Shown in pieces: positions 23,681-35,553 of a stretch of 64,000 bases of DNA. The position numbers and the translations under genes were made by a program. The stretch spans positions 67,972-131,971 of the forward strand of contig NW_005201183.1 of NCBI RefSeq assembly GCF_000372725.1. Reading direction: 5' to 3'. The stretch comes from Emiliania huxleyi CCMP1516 (taxonomy: Eukaryota). Within the stretch, counting starts at the first letter, position 1; each line of letters opens with the position of its first letter. A model generated the notes under the pieces. The model did not search any database, had not been told where the DNA came from, and was given only the letters and a program-made list of their open reading frames with translations.

Positions 23681-24530
23681 CAGCTGTGTCCAGCCAGCTG
23701 TGCACTGTGCGACACAGAAATCTTTTTATTTGAAGAGTCACAGTGGAAACCCTGCAAGAAAAAATTGATTTTATGGGCACGGGTTTGTGCGTCGTCATCA
23801 TCTGTCTCGCGTCCACCCATACCGCGTTGGTGTCCAGTCCGAGCCTGGCTGTTCTTCACCTTCCTACCTAACGCTAACCACATGGTTCGACTGTTTTCTT
23901 CTCTTCCTTCTTTCGGGACTGGCGTGAGAGCCGTGATTTCTTGTTGGTTTTCAAAAATCTCTCTCTCTGGCGTGCACTGAGAAAGAAATCATGCCGCGTC
24001 ACAAGGCGCAACAAACAAAAACTTTGGATTGCTTAAATTCTCTCAGGCCGCCGACAGAGAGCGGACAGGGACGGGGCCCCGACCTTATTGAGCGGTTCGT
24101 CCGCGTCGCGCACTCGTCCCAACCGGGGGCCGCAGTCTTGCTTGTACCGTTCCTGACCTGTACGCCTCGGTACAGACCCTCGCTGTCGCTCCGTGTACAG
24201 CTCACACACAGCTCACGACAAGAACCCGAACCGCAACCGAACCGCCAGGGTGTACACGTCGAGTGGGATCGGGTTGCGGGCTAGACCTAGAGAGCCCTAG
24301 GCCTAGCCCTGGGGGGTGCGCGTTCGCCAGGAAACGCGAAGCACTTGGAGCACACACTTGGAGTGCAGTCAGAGGGCCCAACTTCAGAATCATCGTGCTT
24401 TTTGGGGTTTAGGGACGTCTCCCAGAGTGACCATAGTTATGCCGAACGACCACCAGCTTGGGACCACCGCACGCCGCTCCGCTTCCTTTCATTCCCCTCC
24501 CTCCACTGAGAGTCACCGTGCCGCCATCAA

Positions 24531-25541
24531 TCACCGGCGTGGCCTGCACCCCTCCATCCCCGGCCGGCACACGCCGCACGCCGACGGGCCGTAGCGCCAT
24601 CCGAGGCCGCGCGCGGCCGCCCAGAGGCCGTCCGGCCCAGGACCCGTGATCGCCTTGTACCCCGTGACCGACGCTTGGCGCGTGGGGGCGCCAGGCTGCG
24701 GCGTGTCGGCTCGCAGGCCGAACCCCGCGCTCTCGCACACGACGGCGAAGCATGTGGAGGAGCGGTTGGCAGGGTCGCGCGCCGTTCGCGCCAGGCAGCA
24801 CGCCAGCGGCTTCCCCGCCAGCGCCAGCCTCTCAAAGGGCGCCTTGACCGCCTGCGCGAGCGCGGCCATCACGCCGAACAGGTCTGGCATGACCTGCCCA
24901 CGCGCCGCGGCCGCGTCGTACGACGCCATCGTGCGCAGCACCGCGAGCATGGCGTCGCGCCCGCCCGCTTGCAGGTAGTCGCACAGATGGAGGACCCTGT
25001 GCGCGGCGGGCGCGGGGCGGATGCCGTGCAGCTGCTCGAGCGCCCCTCGCTGCAGCAGCACCGTGTCGGGACGCAGGCGGACGACCGCGCTGAACGGGCG
25101 CCCGTCGCGCGCCTCGCGAGCGAGAAGCATGCGCCGGCACGCCGCTTGCTGGAAGCTCTGCACGAGGAAGGAGCGCGCGCCGCTGCACTCCGTGGGCGAT
25201 CTGGACCCGCACCGCGACAGCCGTGGCAGCGCCGAGCCGTTGAACTGTAGGAGCCCGTTGCGGCTGCAGTTGCCCCGGTCGCACGCAGAGAGGAGGCGCT
25301 CAGCTGTGCAAGTGGCATTGGGAGCCACCCGCACCGCGCTCGCGTAGACGAGCATGCTTGTCTCCGCCACCAGCAGCTTGCGCCGCAAGAATGCGCGCGC
25401 TGAGAGGAAGTCGCTGTCGCGCGGACCGCAGAAGAAGGCGTCGGCCGCACCGCTCCGCGGCCGCACGATCTGGACCAGATGGCTTGCCACCAGCCTCCAC
25501 GCTCGCAGCTGCCCCGTGATGCACACTGCGACCCCCGCCAT
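24531..25541 (-). CDS. Intronless putative glycosyltransferase-like protein
   Basis: N-terminal VAVCITGQLR and FSAVVRLRPD motifs, which I recognise from a widespread putative GT family; family not confirmed. Confidence 0.65.
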   Translation of the reverse strand: MAGVAVCITGQLRAWRLVASHLVQIVRPRSGAADAFFCGPRDSDFLSARAFLRRKLLVAETSMLVYASAVRVAPNATCTAERLLSACDRGNCSRNGLLQFNGSALPRLSRCGSRSPTECSGARSFLVQSFQQAACRRMLLAREARDGRPFSAVVRLRPDTVLLQRGALEQLHGIRPAPAAHRVLHLCDYLQAGGRDAMLAVLRTMASYDAAAARGQVMPDLFGVMAALAQAVKAPFERLALAGKPLACCLARTARDPANRSSTCFAVVCESAGFGLRADTPQPGAPTRQASVTGYKAITGPGPDGLWAAARGLGWRYGPSACGVCRPGMEGCRPRR

Positions 25542-27090
25542 CGTGCGGCGCCGCTGTGCCCGTTCGACGAGGCGAGTCCACGCTCCCCAGCGTCCAGGGC
25601 AGCGTGACCACCGGAGCAGCAGCCAGCCTCAAGGGACGCGGGGACCGGCTAGTTCCCGAGGTCGCGCGGGGCTGACCCGTACTAGGTCCCGGGGGACGAG
25701 CTGCAGCCAGAGAGCAGAGCCGCAGAGCACACGTCAACGGCCGGTCGCGGACGACAGGTTCTCTCGGCTCCAAGAGACGCCGTGCACAGCAAAAAACAAC
25801 CCCCCCCAGGATTGTCCTTTATGCATATCCTTTGGCCGCGTTGGGTAGCGAGAGGATTGGTGTGACGCGATCCACGCAGGCGTGTTTTCTGGCGGCCGAC
25901 CGTCAGTGCACGGAGTTGCCCCTTCTCCGACTGCCCCGGCTAGTTCACGAGTTTCGCGGGAGTGACCCCATGCGTCAAACCCGAGACCTAGCGCGGGTGG
26001 GTTGGAGGTGGCTCGCTGCAGGGAAGGGCTGTGTAAGAAGCCGATCCCCGTAGTCCGCCCCGCTCCTCCCCATCGGGCCGCATGAGCGGCCACGCCTCGC
26101 AGATTCGTTTTCGCGCCTGGGTCAGGCGCGCGGGGCATCCCCCGGGTCGCTCGACCAGCGATCCGAAGAGTGGCCACTATGCGAAGGAAAGAGCGGGGCC
26201 CTCGACGCCTCAGTCCGGCCCTCCGAGGGGGGAATGGAATTGCGGGGTCCCCACGGGCGCCTCTCTTCGGCCCTCTCCCGAGGGGGGGAGGGGAGCAAGG
26301 GGGTGGGGGGATCGGGGCGGTGGGGAGGGGTCTCGGGTTTCGTGTGGCTATACTTGCCTTTCGGGGAGGGGCCTCAGGACGGCGAGCGCAGTGGCGCCCG
26401 CTCGACGTCTTCCCCTCCTCCCCATCGAGGCGTCTTCCCCTCCACCCTCGAGAGTACCTATACGCTAGACGAGCGAAGGGCGGTGGCCAGTGCGCGGGCG
26501 AGGGGAGGGGGCGGGGGGGCGGCGGGCGGGCGGGCGGGGAGGAGGGGAGGGGAGGGGAGGCTTAGCCATGCAGCTGCTGTCGAGCCGAGGCGGCGGCAGC
26601 CGCCGCAGCTGCACCGCCTCCCGTCGCGCCGCGGTCGCCGCTCCCTCAGCGCCGTCTCCGCGTCGTCACCCGCCGTAGCTTCTCCTCCTCCGCCGCCGCC
26701 CGGTCCCGAGAGTGCGGTGGTGGTGTGTATAGTGCAAGGGAGGTGTGTGTGCGTGTCTGCCGCAGATCTCTGCCGTTGTCTGCGCCGCGATCCGCCGCCG
26801 CGCCGCCGCGCCGCCGCCGCCTGCGCTCGCCGCCGCCTCGTAGACGGCTCCTCTCGCGCTCGGAGAGCCGCGCAGCGGGCCGCGAGGTTGTGGTCAGAGA
26901 GCAGCAGGGTTGAGATCACAAAATCGGCCAATTTTGAGGTTGCTCGAGAGAGCCTGGAAATGGTCCCGCGCCGTAGCCCCGGTGCCGGCGCATCACGTCT
27001 CAGCCGCGAGGGGCCGGTTCTGCCGCGCAGTCGAGCAGCAGGAGCTCGGGGGCAACTTTGTCGACAAACATCGGTACGCGGGGCCAACCC

Positions 27091-27260
27091 TCGGAGACCC
27101 GTGTTTACTTTACGGCCCTTTCCCTGCGAACGCGCACCCCCCAGGGCTAGGGCTCTCTTGCCCGCAACCCGATATCGATCATCCGGCCCGCTGGGTGCGC
27201 TTCTCAGCTCCCCGGCCCTGGATGTGAGGTTGATGACTGCACTCCAAGTGCTCCAAGTGC
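27091..27260 (-). repeat. About 170-nt repeat unit; opposite-orientation copies at 31322-31530 (period 169) and a partial copy at 24267-24372
   Basis: Shared cctcacatccagggccg..gagctgagaagcgcaccc, gggttgcgggc, gggtgcgcgttcgc, gcacttggagtgcagtca. Confidence 0.85.
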
Positions 27261-28002
27261 GCCAAGGGGGGGGGGGGGGGGGTGGAGCCTCGGTGCTCAA
27301 TACCCTAGACTAGTCTAGATTAGGGTGCCCACAGGACCCAAAAAAAGAAAGGGAAAAAATGGGCCACCCCCGATCGCAGCACTTCGTGTTGGAGAGTCGA
27401 GATATTGAGATTGTGACTAGGAGGGAGGGACGCTGGGGATTCTCAAAGGTATACCCTTGGAATGGCCGGATCCAGCCTTGAACGTACGAGATCGCGCGCG
27501 TTTCGCGCACAGCACCGCCTGTTCTCCGCGGCTGAATGACGACGCGTGCCGTGTGCCAGCAGAGTTGGGCGCGCGCGGCGCGACGGCACCCGCGAGGGAA
27601 GGCGCGGGTGAGGCGTGGGCTTGGCAGGCGGAGCTGGGCCGGCTGATGGTGGGGGCGCGCGCTCCGGCGACGGAGGGCGGTGGGGAGGAGGAGGAGGACT
27701 TGCCCTTTTCATTTACGGCGAGATGATTTGGCACTTGTGGACGCAGCAGCGCGTGAGTGAGATGGTAAAGTACTGAGAAGAACTGTACGTGTGTGTGTTG
27801 CATTGCAACAGCGTTTGAAAAGCCGAGTCATAGCATACATAAACGCGGGCGGTGGCGCCTTCTTTTAGGCGCCCTTGACACCACAAAAAGAAAAATAAAA
27901 TCGCGTTCCCCTGTCGGCCTTTGCATCCCACCTAGCCAAGTCCAATTCGCAGCCACAACTGTGAACGGTGACTCGAGGACTGCGAGCCCGTCTCGCTCAA
28001 GG

Positions 28003-30925
28003 ATGGCACCGCCAGCACCGGCACCGGCCATCAAGAACGACCCGGTGCCAGCCACCAAGGTCGCCACGGCCCTCAAGCCGGCGGCGGTCGAGACGCTGCG
28101 GTCGATCAAGAAGTTTCCGGAGGAGGAGCCCGCCCCGGCGGCGAGCGCCTGGCATGGCAAGGCGCCCCGCGGCTCCACGCCGTCGGCCACAAACTCGGTG
28201 CTCTCGCCGCCTGTGCGGCTTCCGCCAACTGCTCACCGCTCACAGCCAGTATCGCGCCCCTGTTCAGGGCGCGACGGTCAAGCCCAAGACGGTCAACCCC
28301 AAGGCCCCCAAGAAGGGCAACCCCAAGACGACCACGACTGCCACGCGGAAGAGCTCCGTCTCCGCCTCCGGCTGGCTCTCGTGGCCCAAGCTCTGCTGGC
28401 ACAACGTGCTCTGCACCGTCTTCACCTGCCTCATCGCGGGCGCGAGCGGCGGCGCCTTCGCCTATTCCTCGCGCGGCTCTGACGGGCTCCTCTCTTCGAT
28501 CGTTGTGCCCGACGCGACGGCCCTCCCGACCGCTCCTGTGAAGGCCAGACTAGGGCTGCAGGGCTGCAAGCTCGTGAGGCAGACGAGCAAGGCGCAGTGT
28601 GAGCACGGGCGAAGCTTTGGGTGTGACCATGCGCGCGGAAGCATGTGGGTTGCAAACTGCAGAGGCGTGTTTCGTTGTGCAGGGCACAGGGTGCGCTGCG
28701 GACATCCGCCTGGTCTCCCAGCGTACAACTGCTCCTGCGCCCCACCAGACCACCCGTTGACTCAATACCTGGCAACGCAGTGGGTATTTCATTCAATGCC
28801 AGCCAGCGCATTAACGCAGCTGGTCGACTTTGTGAGCGTGCTCGCGGGGTTCCAGGCTTGCCCAAGCCTCGAAGCGACGCGCTCGCTCAGGACCGCGCTG
28901 GCGGACGGGTTCACTGCGGAGGAGGCCATGTTGTGGCGCAACCCACACAAAGGTCTGTGGCGCTCGGTACAGGTCAATGCTCCGTGCATCGAGACGGCGG
29001 GGTGGTGGGTGAGCAGTCCGAGCGCCAGCTGGTTCGCGCACCCCATGTGGGCCCACTGTTGCAACAAGGACCCGAGCACATCGCGGTGTCCGAGCGCGTT
29101 GATTGAGGCACCGACGGCCTGCAACAGACGCAAAGCTCTACTGGGAAGATGCGAGTCAGATGCAACGCTCCTGTGCGATTCGTATCTCCCCGTGGCAGCG
29201 GCGGGTAGGCTCGTTTACTCGTTTGGCATCGCTAACCAGTGGACTTTTGAAGACTGGGCCGCATCGAGGGGCTTCGAGGTGCACGCCTTCGACCCGACGA
29301 CCCGGACGCGGGCTGCTCACGAGGCGCATAAGACCAAGAATGTGCACTTCCACTTCATGGGGCTGGGCGCGCTCCGCGGAAAAGCGGGCTCCCTTGTAAC
29401 GGCAGGCTATGGAGCGCTCGGTGGTGAGGTGCTGCCATTCGACGCAATTCGCGAGAGGCTCGGTCACACCACGCGGCTCATCCAGCTTCTCAAGATCGAC
29501 TGCGAAGGATGCGAATGGGAGGCGTTCGTCGACGCCGCAACTCGCATGCCCTCAGTACTTGAAAAGGTCTGCACCATAATCCTGGAGATACACGTGTCGC
29601 GAACGCTGCAGATGAACACCACGGCTGACCTGAGGCGCATGGCGGCCTTTTGGGATCTCTACGTCGTCAAGATGGGCTTCCGCTTCTGGTACCTGCACGC
29701 CAATCCAGGCGCAGCGTGGGACCGCACTGTCCATCCGATTCTCGCCCAGCTTGGTCTAGACCCGAGTATCTGCTGCTACGTGATCGGTCTGCATCGCGAG
29801 ACGGCTGAGTGTGCCGCGCAGGAAGCCGTCATTCCCAGCGCTCCTGCGGAATTTAACGGAACAGCGAGCCAAGGCAGCAGCGCTGAGAGGATGCACGCCG
29901 AGCGCGGGCGGGGTGTTTTTGTGATCTTGGCGCAGAACGGTAACCACTCTTCATACGGTCGTGACTCGGTGGCGCTCCTGAGGCGGACATTGCGCTACTT
30001 TTACCATTACTACAACAAGCGAGAGCGGGACGACGTGCGCATTTGTCACTCGGGCGACTTCGATGCCCAGACACAAGAGGCCGTTGCCGCGGGCCGGAGA
30101 GAAATCCGCTTCCTGCACCTCAAGGGCGACAACTGGAAGGTCTACCCGGAGTGGTTGGCCCTGTCGAACCGCTCCGCTTGGAGATCGACAGAGTCGGATG
30201 GATACCGAATGATGATCCGGTGGTACGCCGTGCGGATCTGGCCGACGCTTCACGATATGGGGTACAAGTGGGTGTGCCGGCTCGACGACGACTCGCTCCT
30301 GCTGAGTGAGATCCCTTTCAACCTCTTCTCCTTCATGCGCTCGCGCGGCTTCGACTACGCGTACCGAAATGTGGCCATGGAGCGCGGCGGCTGGGACGGC
30401 AACGGAAATTATGGCGACAAGTGGTGGGAATGGGTCAATCTGTACGTGAGCAAAATGAAGCTGCAGCCAAAGTGGCTCTTCGAGGCGAACGCATGCCGCG
30501 AACGCAGCTTCTTGCACGAGAACTGCGGCAAGGATTTCTTCGGTTTCTATAACAACTTCTTTGTGGCCAACATCGAGCGCTTCCTGGAGCCAGATATACA
30601 GAACTTGCTCCACGAACTCGATGAGTCAGGCCTTATGTTCATGAGTCGGTGGAATGACCTGATTATCCAGTCCCTGGCGGTACAGCTGTTCGTGCCCAAG
30701 AGCCGCGTGCACCGCTTCACCAGCTTTGGGTACGCCCACAACTCTGGACACGCCGACACGCTGCGCTACGGCATCGTGCAGCTTGCAGCGGGCCTGCCCA
30801 ACCCAGAGCGCGCGATGGAGAAGGTCCTTGCTTCGGTGCTGCATTGGCCGGTTTGGCTTCAAAACAATTCGCGCTTTGTGGATGGCATGTACACGCTGAG
30901 CCGGCCAGCCTCAAGCCTCTTCTGA
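28003..30925 (+). CDS. Type II membrane protein: Cys-rich module + METTL24/Methyltransf_22-like methyltransferase + GT15 (KTR-like mannosyltransferase)
   Basis: VYSFGIANQWTFE, VHAFDPT, LKIDCEGCEW; GYRMMIRWY, RLDDDS, FYNNF, RWND. One 5' intron ending at 28267 links the ATG at 28003 to the long frame. Confidence 0.8.
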
Positions 30926-31569
30926 CGATGTGCAAAGCCAAACGGATCTCATGAGTCATCCGAGCTCCGTTTTTGAGCATTCTCGTTTTCTTATCGGGGG
31001 GGGGGGGGGGGGGCGGGTTTTTGGGGTGGGGTGGGAATTTCCGGGGGGGGAATGGGTGGCCCCCCAAATGGGAAGGGGGTGACTCCCCCTGGGGGGGGGG
31101 CGACCGCTTTTGAGGAAACCCTCCCCCCCCCCTCCCCTGTCCGGGGAATCGTGTCGGGCCACCCCCTTTTTTTGGAAAATTTTTATTTTTTGAGCTAAAC
31201 CTCCTTGTTAATTTAGGAACAAGGGAAGGCCCCCCCAACTTGACGCCAAAACCAAAATTGTAGGAACCGGACCGGATCCCGAACCCGCCACCGCACTTGG
31301 GGACCTTGGGGGGCGGTTTTTAACCTCACATCCAGGGCCGAGGAGCTGAGAAGCGCACCCAGCGGGCCGGATGATCGGTGTCGGGTTGCGGGCAAGAGAG
31401 CCCTAGCCCCGGGGGTGCGCGTTCGCAGGGAAAGGGCCTTAAAGTAAACACGGGTCCCCGAGTTTTTGGAGCACTTGGAGTGCAGTCAGCAGCCTCACAT
31501 CCAGGGCCGGGGAGCTGAGAAGCGCACCCCGCTGCACCGTTTATTTTCCCGAATACACAACAAACGAAT

Positions 31570-31770
31570 ATGTCGACTCGCAGGTCGCGCCGGCCGTCGC
31601 CCGAGGCGGCAGCCGGCGCGGCTCGTCGAGAGGCCGCCTCCGCGAAGCGACGCTGCGAGGCGCTCGAAGCCAGCCTAGCTTCAAAGCAAAAGGCGCTTGC
31701 ACGTGCAAAGGCTGCCGCAGTTGCCGCCGCCGCCGCCGCCGCCTCAACCACCGCCGCCGCTGCTGCATCT

Positions 31771-31808
<38 letters not shown>

Positions 31809-33974
31809 ACCACCGCCACGAGCTCCACCGCCGCCGCCGCTGCCGCCGCCGACGGCCTCGCATGGCTACGACATATGCGACCGTCAGAACCAGCGGTGCC
31901 AGGTAGAGGCGCGCGCTCGCCTCGAAGCCGCCGCCGCGTCGGTCCTCCGGCACTCGGCGGCAGAGGCGGCGGCGCGGGCGCGCTTCGAGACGGCAGCTGC
32001 GGCTGCAGCGGCGGGCGGTGCAGCGCTCGAGGCGGGCGCGGCACGCCGCTCTCCGCGGGGGAGCAGCCGGCGGCGCGCCGACGACACCGTCTTTGCCTCG
32101 GCCTCCGCCTCCTTCGCCCCGTGCGGGGCTTCGGGAATGCGCATCCCCGACCCGGCCCCGGACCTCCATCCCTTCGAGGCGGCGCGGCAGGACCTTGCCC
32201 CCTCGGCCGCCGCCTGCGCCGCGTGGGTGGCGGAGGCGCGGCGCGGCCGCATCGAGGCGGAGGCGGAGCGGCAGGAGGCGGAGGCGGCGGCGGCGGCGGC
32301 GAGGCTGGAGGCGGCCGAGGGGAGGCGGCGGGCGGAGGCGGCGGCCGAGGCGGTGGCGGAGGCGGCGGAGCAGGTGGCGGAGGCGCGTGCGGCGGCGGCA
32401 GAGGCGACGGCGAGGGCGGACGCCGCCGAGTCGCGCAGAGACGAGGGGTGTGAACGGCGTCTCTTCACACCCACTGCTGTGAACAGGCGGACGCCGCCGA
32501 GTCGCGCTCGCTTCGTGCCGAGGCGGCGCTGCAGTCCCTGGCGCTGCAGCCGGCCGCGCCGCAGTCGACCGCGCCGGAGCGTTCGGGCGGCGGCTCTCTC
32601 CTGCCCGCCGCGCTCGAGCGACGCGATGGGCCGGCCGACACTGGCGGGGGCGGGAGCGAGGGAGGCGGCGGCGGCGGCGGCGGCGGTGAGTCTGGAGCCC
32701 CCGGAGCGGGCCCCGGCGGCGCGGCGGCGGCAGCCTGCGGCGCAGTCGACGAGGCGGCGCTGCTCCGGCGGGCGGGCGCGGCGGAGGAGGCGGCAGAGGA
32801 GGCGTCGGCCGCCGCCGCCGCGGCTTCCGCGGAGGCGCGTTTGCCTCGCGCCGCTTGCCGGCGGCCCTTCCCGCCCTGCCCCGCATCCCCGCCCCTCCCG
32901 CCCTGCTCCCGCATCCCCGCCCTTCCCGCCCTGCTCCCGCATCCCCGCCCTTCCCACCCTGCTCCCGCCCTGCAGGTGCTCGCGCTGCGGAGGAGGCTCG
33001 AGGCGGCCAGCCTCGAGGCGGTGGAGGAAGCAGCACGCGCCGACCGAGCGACCGAGGCGCCTCATATCTCCCCATATCTCCCCATATCTCCCCATGTCTC
33101 CCGCCTAGCGCCGACCGAGCGACCGAGGCGCCTCTCGCCGGCTGCTGTCGCTCGTGGGCCGTGGGCCTCAGAAGCGAGCTCTTGCTTTAACTGCTAGGCG
33201 CTTGCTAACGCTAACCCTAACCCTAACCCTAACCCTAACCCTAACCCTAACCCTAACCCTAACCCTAACCCTAACCCTAACCCTAACCCTAACCCTAACC
33301 CTAACCCTAACCCTAACCCTAACCCTAACCCTAACCCTAACCCTAACCCTAAGCCTAACCCTAGGTCATCAGAAGCGAGCTCTCGCTGACACGTTTAGGC
33401 GCTTCGCCGGCTGCTCGCCACGGCGGGCTTGGCCGGCCGGTGGGGCGGGGAGGCGGGGGCGGGAGGCGGCGCGGAGCAGGACGGTCGCGGGCCCGCGTGG
33501 GTAGATGCCGCCGAGGCGGCCCTCCAGTGCTGGGCGGAGGGCGGGCGGGAGGCGGCGGCGGCGGCGGCCGGGTCGGGCCCTGCAGAAGGGGCGGCGGCAA
33601 AGCTTCCTCGCGCACCGGAGGAGGCGCCGCGCGCGGCGGAGGCGGCGGAGGCGCGGCTCCCAGCGCGAGGGACAGCCGGCACGCGCGAGGAGGCGGCAGC
33701 CCGGCGCGAGCTCGAGCGTCGCCGCGGTGCGGGCATCCGCCGCACTCCGCCCCTTCCCTTCCGACGTAGCACCCCTGCATCGCCAGGCGCGAACCGCGAC
33801 GCCGTCGAGCGGCGCGCAGCCACGGAAGCCGACCCGTCCGGCGGCGGGAGGCGCCGAGGAGCAGCCATGGCGGCGGACCATAACGATAGAGTCATGCGCG
33901 CAGTCAGCGCGTATGCTGTGCGGAGCCACCTGGCGCTGCCGACCGCCCCTGCGGCGGCGCTCTGCCGGAGATGA
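31570..33974 (+). CDS. Ala/Glu-rich coiled-coil protein of unknown function, multi-exon
   Basis: Frames join after removing introns 32416-32486, about 32836-32976 and 33057-33398. Confidence 0.55.
32416..32486 (+). mobile_element. Family A copy 3
   Basis: gcggacgccgccgagtcgcgc duplicated around ggtgtgaacggcgtctcttcacacccactgctgtgaaCAG. Confidence 0.8.
33205..33364 (+). repeat. Interstitial telomeric (CCCTAA)n inside an intron
   Basis: Nearly pure array flanked by the duplicate tcagaagcgagctctYgct. Confidence 0.95.
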
Positions 33975-35450
33975 GATTCGATTGTAAAAAGTAACAAGTG
34001 GTTCGGCGCGGCGCGCGTCTCAGACTCACACTCTCACCTCGCATGGGCCCGTGGATCGGTGCTGCCGCCGCCCCCGGCCGAAAGCATCTGCTCGAGGTCC
34101 GACCCGGGCGGCGGTGTCGGCAACTTCTCCTTGCTCGCCGCTTCCCTGAGTGCCTCAGCCTGCTGCTTTGTAACCTCGACGAACCGGCCGTCCCGGCTTC
34201 GCGCGGGCGCGCTGTCCGTCGAGATAGCAGCGACTGCGGCCGGCGAGCTGCTGTCAATTTGTGCAGCGAGTGCCGGAGGATGGAATGTCGAGGCGGCGAC
34301 GCAGAGGGCACACACGACGCCTCGACCGACGAGCATCCGAGAGGCGAGCGACGAGAAGAGCTCTAGCGCGAGCGTCGGCTGGGAGGCGAAAAGATTCCCG
34401 CTCTCGCGCACGACTGAACCCTCCCATACGTGTTTGTGCCTCCTCCTTTGCTGTCCCATCTCCTCATCTCTTTCCCGCCTGGGCGGGGCAGCGGGCGGGC
34501 GCGCGGTGCGGTGCGGCGTGTGCGTGTGTGCGACTGCGACAGGGGACCGCTCGAAAGGGACCATTGGGCTTGTATTATTAACAACGAAGGCGCTCTCACC
34601 CATATATGTACACGCGAAAAAGAATTTTGTGCACCGCAAAACACAATTTTCCGCCCCTACTTGTTCATCATTCACCACTATTGAGTATCGTCCGCATGAT
34701 GCGCTGCCTCGGTTGGCGAGGTGACCTCGGGCTACTACTTCGTCAGCGACGCCCTCCGCTCGCCGATGACGGTGACGCGGTCAGTGCGACCCGGGCACGC
34801 CGGAGTACGGCGGCGAGGAGAACCCGGACGCCGCCACGTACAACAGGTAGGCGGGGGTGGGTAGGCAGGTTCCCCACACACAATGAGTGGTGGGTGGGGC
34901 TGGGTGGAGGGGGGGGGGGGGGCAACCACCTCGCCGGACACGGGCAGGACCGCCCCACGCCACGTACGACAGGTGACGGGCACTCACTCCAGAGCACTCC
35001 AGCCAGTCGCCCGCGGGGCTCGCTCCGCCGCTGCGCGGGGACTGGGCCTGAGCGTGAACGGGAGCCCCACCTCAAATTTTCTCTTCTCCCCACACCCCCG
35101 TTGAACCTGCGGGTGCTTTTTGGGCCTTGGCCAACTCCACAAGACCAAGTGCTCCAACAAGTTAACGTACGACACTGCTCGGCGACTGCCGGCACACTGT
35201 GAGACCATGGGTGTGAGGTAAAACCACGCTACCAGCGCTTGGTCACATCGGCCCTGACGCCTGAGGTCAGATCCATCTACTCTGTTGATGACAAGACTTG
35301 TCTACCGGCTGGAGCCGAGCAGGAGGGCCCGGCGCACAACCCCTTGTTCACAACTCACCCTCCACACCCCGTACCCGGGTACGAGAAGGCGGGGCCGTAT
35401 TTTTCTCTCTTTCACGTTCAGCCCTTAAAATAAAAAGGAGCCTGCTTGAC

Positions 35451-35507
<57 letters not shown>

Positions 35508-35553
35508 CCCCCCCCCCCCCTCTCTGAGCCGGCCCGTCCTCGTCCTCGCGCCA

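Noticed and set aside
30990..31200. G/C homopolymer tracts as G-quadruplex or regulatory elements (also 12497-12660)
   Set aside because: They look like low-quality read ends and cannot be trusted.
33205..33364. True chromosome end
   Set aside because: Unique coding sequence continues on both sides and the array is flanked by a duplication.
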